The position numbers were made by a program, and so were the translations under genes. A DNA stretch of 64,000 nucleotides from Lophium mytilinum. Lineage: Eukaryota. The notes under the pieces were generated by a model. The model saw nothing but the letters and a program-made list of their open reading frames with translations. It searched no databases and was not told the DNA's origin. This document shows positions 60,663 to 64,000 of this stretch, one piece after another (the first letter of the stretch is position 1; each line of letters opens with the position of its first letter). Location: contig MU004197.1 of the NCBI GenBank assembly GCA_010093605.1, positions 496,001 to 560,000 on the forward strand, given 5' to 3'.

Positions 60663-61664
60663 CTATCGGACCTGGTAAACCTTCTCGTCGTGAACGAAGC
60701 CGCAATCCGGGTTCAAACAGCCAACTTCGGTGTTGAAGTAAGCGCACCTGCTATACTTGCAAGTCAGATGATCCCGTCTGCAAAGCTTGCATGGGTAGCC
60801 ACCGCTGCATTCCACTCTGAGCGTATAGCACTTTTTGCACGTCAGCTTGCGACCTCTCCCTCCACGGGGCGGCATATGGGGCAGAGTATCTTCGACGTTT
60901 GCGCCCGTTGGAGCGGCAGGCAAGGGATGAATATTGACACCAGTCAGCGGAGGCATAGTCCTCTCCCGCAAGTTTCGCGCCGGGTTCGGGGCGGCAGGTA
61001 CATGTCTGGACTTCGCGATGCCTATTGGAGCAGCGCCCATGAAAGCCTTGCGACGGAGGTCTGCAACGCTCGGTCGGCGCTGCAGCGTATGGCGCTGATT
61101 ACCGTTGCCAGCAGCTGGAGTTTGTTCCCGTCCCTGGGCCCTCTCGAGCTGGCTCGCCAACTGCAGATTCTCTTCCCGGAGCTGCGCGATCATGTTGTCT
61201 TTGGCCTTCTTGCCTTCCTCCCACTTCTCTTCGATCCCCATGTGTAGGTCTTCATTTTGCTGGAGCGCACGTTCTTGGCCCTGCAGTTTGCGCTGCAGTT
61301 CAGTGATTAGATTGTTCTTCGTGTCGCGCTCGTGCTCTGCGGTAGCTAGCTCAGCGCGCGCGAGTTGGGTGTTGGTGTGGAGGGTTTCGTTCTCCTTCAT
61401 TGTGTCTTCTAGTTGGGCGATTATTCCCATCTTGTCATCGTGCTCCCGCTCTGCGGTCGCCAGCGCGTCACGCACGGCCTCTTGGCTCGCGCAGATTTTG
61501 GAAGTAGAGACATCTTGGAGAACGTCGCGGAGTTTGTCCTTCTCGATGGTGGAGAGGGTATCAAGTTCTTTGAACAGGGCCCAGAGATCTTTCTCGTCAT
61601 CGGCGGTGAGGACCCAATGGTCAGATTGGCAGATAGGGCAATGGCGGATGCCATACGTGTCCAT
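60663..61664 (-). CDS. Zn2Cys6-like/CCCH family protein (333 aa)
   Basis: N-terminal CPICQSDHW. C-terminal C-x2-C-x6-C-x5-C-x2-C-x6-C followed by C-x8-C-x4-C-x3-H (CAYFNTEVGCLNPDCGFVH). Confidence 0.85.
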   Translation of the reverse strand: MDTYGIRHCPICQSDHWVLTADDEKDLWALFKELDTLSTIEKDKLRDVLQDVSTSKICASQEAVRDALATAEREHDDKMGIIAQLEDTMKENETLHTNTQLARAELATAEHERDTKNNLITELQRKLQGQERALQQNEDLHMGIEEKWEEGKKAKDNMIAQLREENLQLASQLERAQGREQTPAAGNGNQRHTLQRRPSVADLRRKAFMGAAPIGIAKSRHVPAAPNPARNLRERTMPPLTGVNIHPLPAAPTGANVEDTLPHMPPRGGRGRKLTCKKCYTLRVECSGGYPCKLCRRDHLTCKYSRCAYFNTEVGCLNPDCGFVHDEKVYQVR

Positions 61665-63027
61665 GGTAAAGTTGTGGTGTGTCTGTGATAGTTGGGGTTG
61701 GATGTAGGTGTAGAGGTTTGCTCCTCGCTGTCTTTGATGAAGAATTTGCTATAATTTGGCGGGCCGAGCTCGGGTAACGGTGAAATTAAGGCATATGTTA
61801 TTTGATGAGTTGAGATGAATTCGCTATAGTGGGCCCATAGGCACCTGCACAGGTTGGTACTCATGTATGGAATGCTGACGTAGAGACAATGGAACAGTGT
61901 GTATGAATGTGCGGGGAGATACCCCTCATATAGGCCGTAGGTGGCCCTCTCCACTCCTGACTGACACTAGCATTACTGCTGAAACTGTGATATCGACGTG
62001 AAAAGTTAGAAAGTTAGACTGCGAGTTTTAAGCATCCTATTGTCTGGAGGGCGACCTGCCTGTGGAGCCACTCCTCACAACGGCGTAAAGCAAGCAAGAC
62101 TGAGGCTAAAGTAGGGCAATACTCCATCTGTATGCCTGGGGATAGAAAGTTCATCTCCTTCAACTACGTAGTGGATATCGAGCTACTCTTTGACTAGCTA
62201 GAAACTGACTAGCTAGGTCACCCTCACGGTGGCATTGGATAAGCAAGACTGAAGTCAATTCATGGTAATATCCGCTTTGTAAGCCTGGAAATGCGACAAT
62301 CACTTCTTCAACTTATATATGTGTCGATGAGGTGAACATTGGGCTATTCTTTGACTGTCCAGCGGCCTACTAACTAGGGCGCTCCTGACGATGGCGTTAG
62401 ATAGGCAACACTAAAGCTCTAAGGACACACTTTCCTTCAAACTTTTCAATATTTCGAGGTATCATTCGCAGTAAGGTAGAAGCACACACAAAGATATGAA
62501 GATGATTGCATAATTTACTACTTCCTAACAATCTTCCCCTCCAGACAATTTCGGTGCATGGTCTTGAAAAGCTATCTAGCAATACAAGAGTTACTGGATC
62601 TCGAGTTACACATCACGTTCCTCAAAGAACCAGGTTGTTGTCGCTGTAAGTTAAATGATTGCTGCTCATCTTGAGCTGAAAAGCTGATTAGCCCATGATC
62701 GAAAGTCGCCTGATATCCTCGTCAACCCATTTACAGTGACCAGTCAGAAGCCTATGCACACCCCTTTACCATTACATGGGGTACCCCCATAAGTGTTTAT
62801 GCCTTTAAGTGCCATGTCAAGTTCCAGGCAGTGTGAATTGGACCGCTCTTTGACTTACTGTTCAGTAACTGGCTGGGCGACCCCTGGCAGCGGTGTTATA
62901 TGAGCAAAATTAGAGCCAAAAAGGGATAAGTCCGCGCGCTTGGACTGCATCATATGCGTACTGTGCGAATTGATTGACAAAAACAACCGTCTATGGTCTT
63001 TCAGATATGCCCTCACCATTCCCATAT

Positions 63028-63990
63028 TCAACACCCATATCCGGGCTCGTCATGAACGGATCTGCAATCCACTAATTCACAATCTTCGTCCCCGTACTTG
63101 ACGTACCAGCACAGAGCAAAACGGCATCCTAAACGACTCAATAGACAAGCCTGGCAAGGAAACTTGCCGTCGCAGCCGATTTTGCGAACAAGGCAGTTGA
63201 TACATACGAGCTCGCGAGGAGGTGATATGGGGATGATGCTATGGGGTGAAATATCTCGCGAACTCAGCTTCGAAGCACTAGGCGTCATGGTAGGCAAAGA
63301 ATGGTCGCTGTCCTCCATGATTGAGCTTCCGCGGTGACTTGGAGGGAGTCCGAGATATCCAGGATAGTCGCTGAGAGTGAGCTTCTCTGCTTCAGTCCTC
63401 TTGATATTTGGGAGAAGCTGCTGTCTACGCTGCTCCATTTCGGCCATCTCTGTGCGGAGCTGCTCCTCGGGTTGTGAAGCCTCTGACTGCTCGCCTGGCC
63501 CCTGTGATCCTTCAGGGCGGAGTCCGAGGCGAAGAAATGGCACCTTCTCCTTTTTTGTTTTTTTCTGTGGCTTCGTTGCGTCCTTTGCCGCTCCTTTGCG
63601 CTTCAACCCCTTGGGTTGGGGTTCTATGACACTCTGTGGGGCCTTTATCTTTGCCTCTAGCACAACGCCCTTACGGGTTGAGGCAGAAGCTTCATCAACC
63701 TGGGCTTTCACGGTCCCCTGTTTCTCCGTTACCTTTCTTTCTAGCGCCACACGCCCCTGCGCCAACGCAAAGACTTCCTGGGCGAGGGTCTGGTTCTCTC
63801 GGAGAAGGGTCTTGTTGGCGCAGGCTTGTGCAGCACAACGATCTTCCAAGAGGTTGGAGATATCTTCCTTCACTTCGGTATCACTGGTTTCCTTTGAGAA
63901 GGCTAAGAGGAGCTTTTCGTTTTCGTCTTCGGGGAGTATGTAGTGACCCGTCTGGCACATCGGGCAGGGTTGGCGTCTAGGCATTTCCAT
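63028..63990 (-). CDS. Zn2Cys6-like/CCCH family protein (320 aa)
   Basis: N-terminal CPMCQTGHY; C-terminal RELVCINCLVRKIGCDGKFPCQAC..CRFALCWY..CELVDCRSVHDEPGYG. Confidence 0.85.
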   Translation of the reverse strand: MEMPRRQPCPMCQTGHYILPEDENEKLLLAFSKETSDTEVKEDISNLLEDRCAAQACANKTLLRENQTLAQEVFALAQGRVALERKVTEKQGTVKAQVDEASASTRKGVVLEAKIKAPQSVIEPQPKGLKRKGAAKDATKPQKKTKKEKVPFLRLGLRPEGSQGPGEQSEASQPEEQLRTEMAEMEQRRQQLLPNIKRTEAEKLTLSDYPGYLGLPPSHRGSSIMEDSDHSLPTMTPSASKLSSRDISPHSIIPISPPRELVCINCLVRKIGCDGKFPCQACLLSRLGCRFALCWYVKYGDEDCELVDCRSVHDEPGYGC

Positions 63991-64000
63991 CTTGACGGGG

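Overview
Filamentous ascomycete (probably Dothideomycete) genomic DNA with four parts. (1) 0-15 kb and 60.6-64 kb: a lineage-specific accessory region with an expanded protein family (N-terminal CxxCxxxH motif, coiled coil, C-terminal Zn2Cys6-like cluster fused to a CCCH finger). Seven members are apparently full length, one is truncated and three are fragments or pseudogenes. In the 0-15 kb part the genes are interleaved with three apparently non-coding units. Each unit ends in a near-invariant ~108-nt element made of tandem 5' splice-site motifs plus a nested pseudoknot with HDV-ribozyme-like topology. (2) 18.1-30.7 kb: an AT-rich, RIP-mutated nest in which a ~200-bp-TIR DNA transposon contains a second TIR element and a full-length Ty3/gypsy chromovirus. 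(3) 30.9-49.2 kb: a housekeeping block (sucrose/maltose MFS transporter, NAP1, SER3, class V myosin, ZUP1/Mug105-like C78 peptidase), several with candidate alternative isoforms. (4) 51-60 kb: a secreted Ser/Thr-rich protein, a dynamin/Mx-like GTPase with an in-frame stop, and an expansin-like protein. All alignments and RNA folds were done by eye; no database searches were run.
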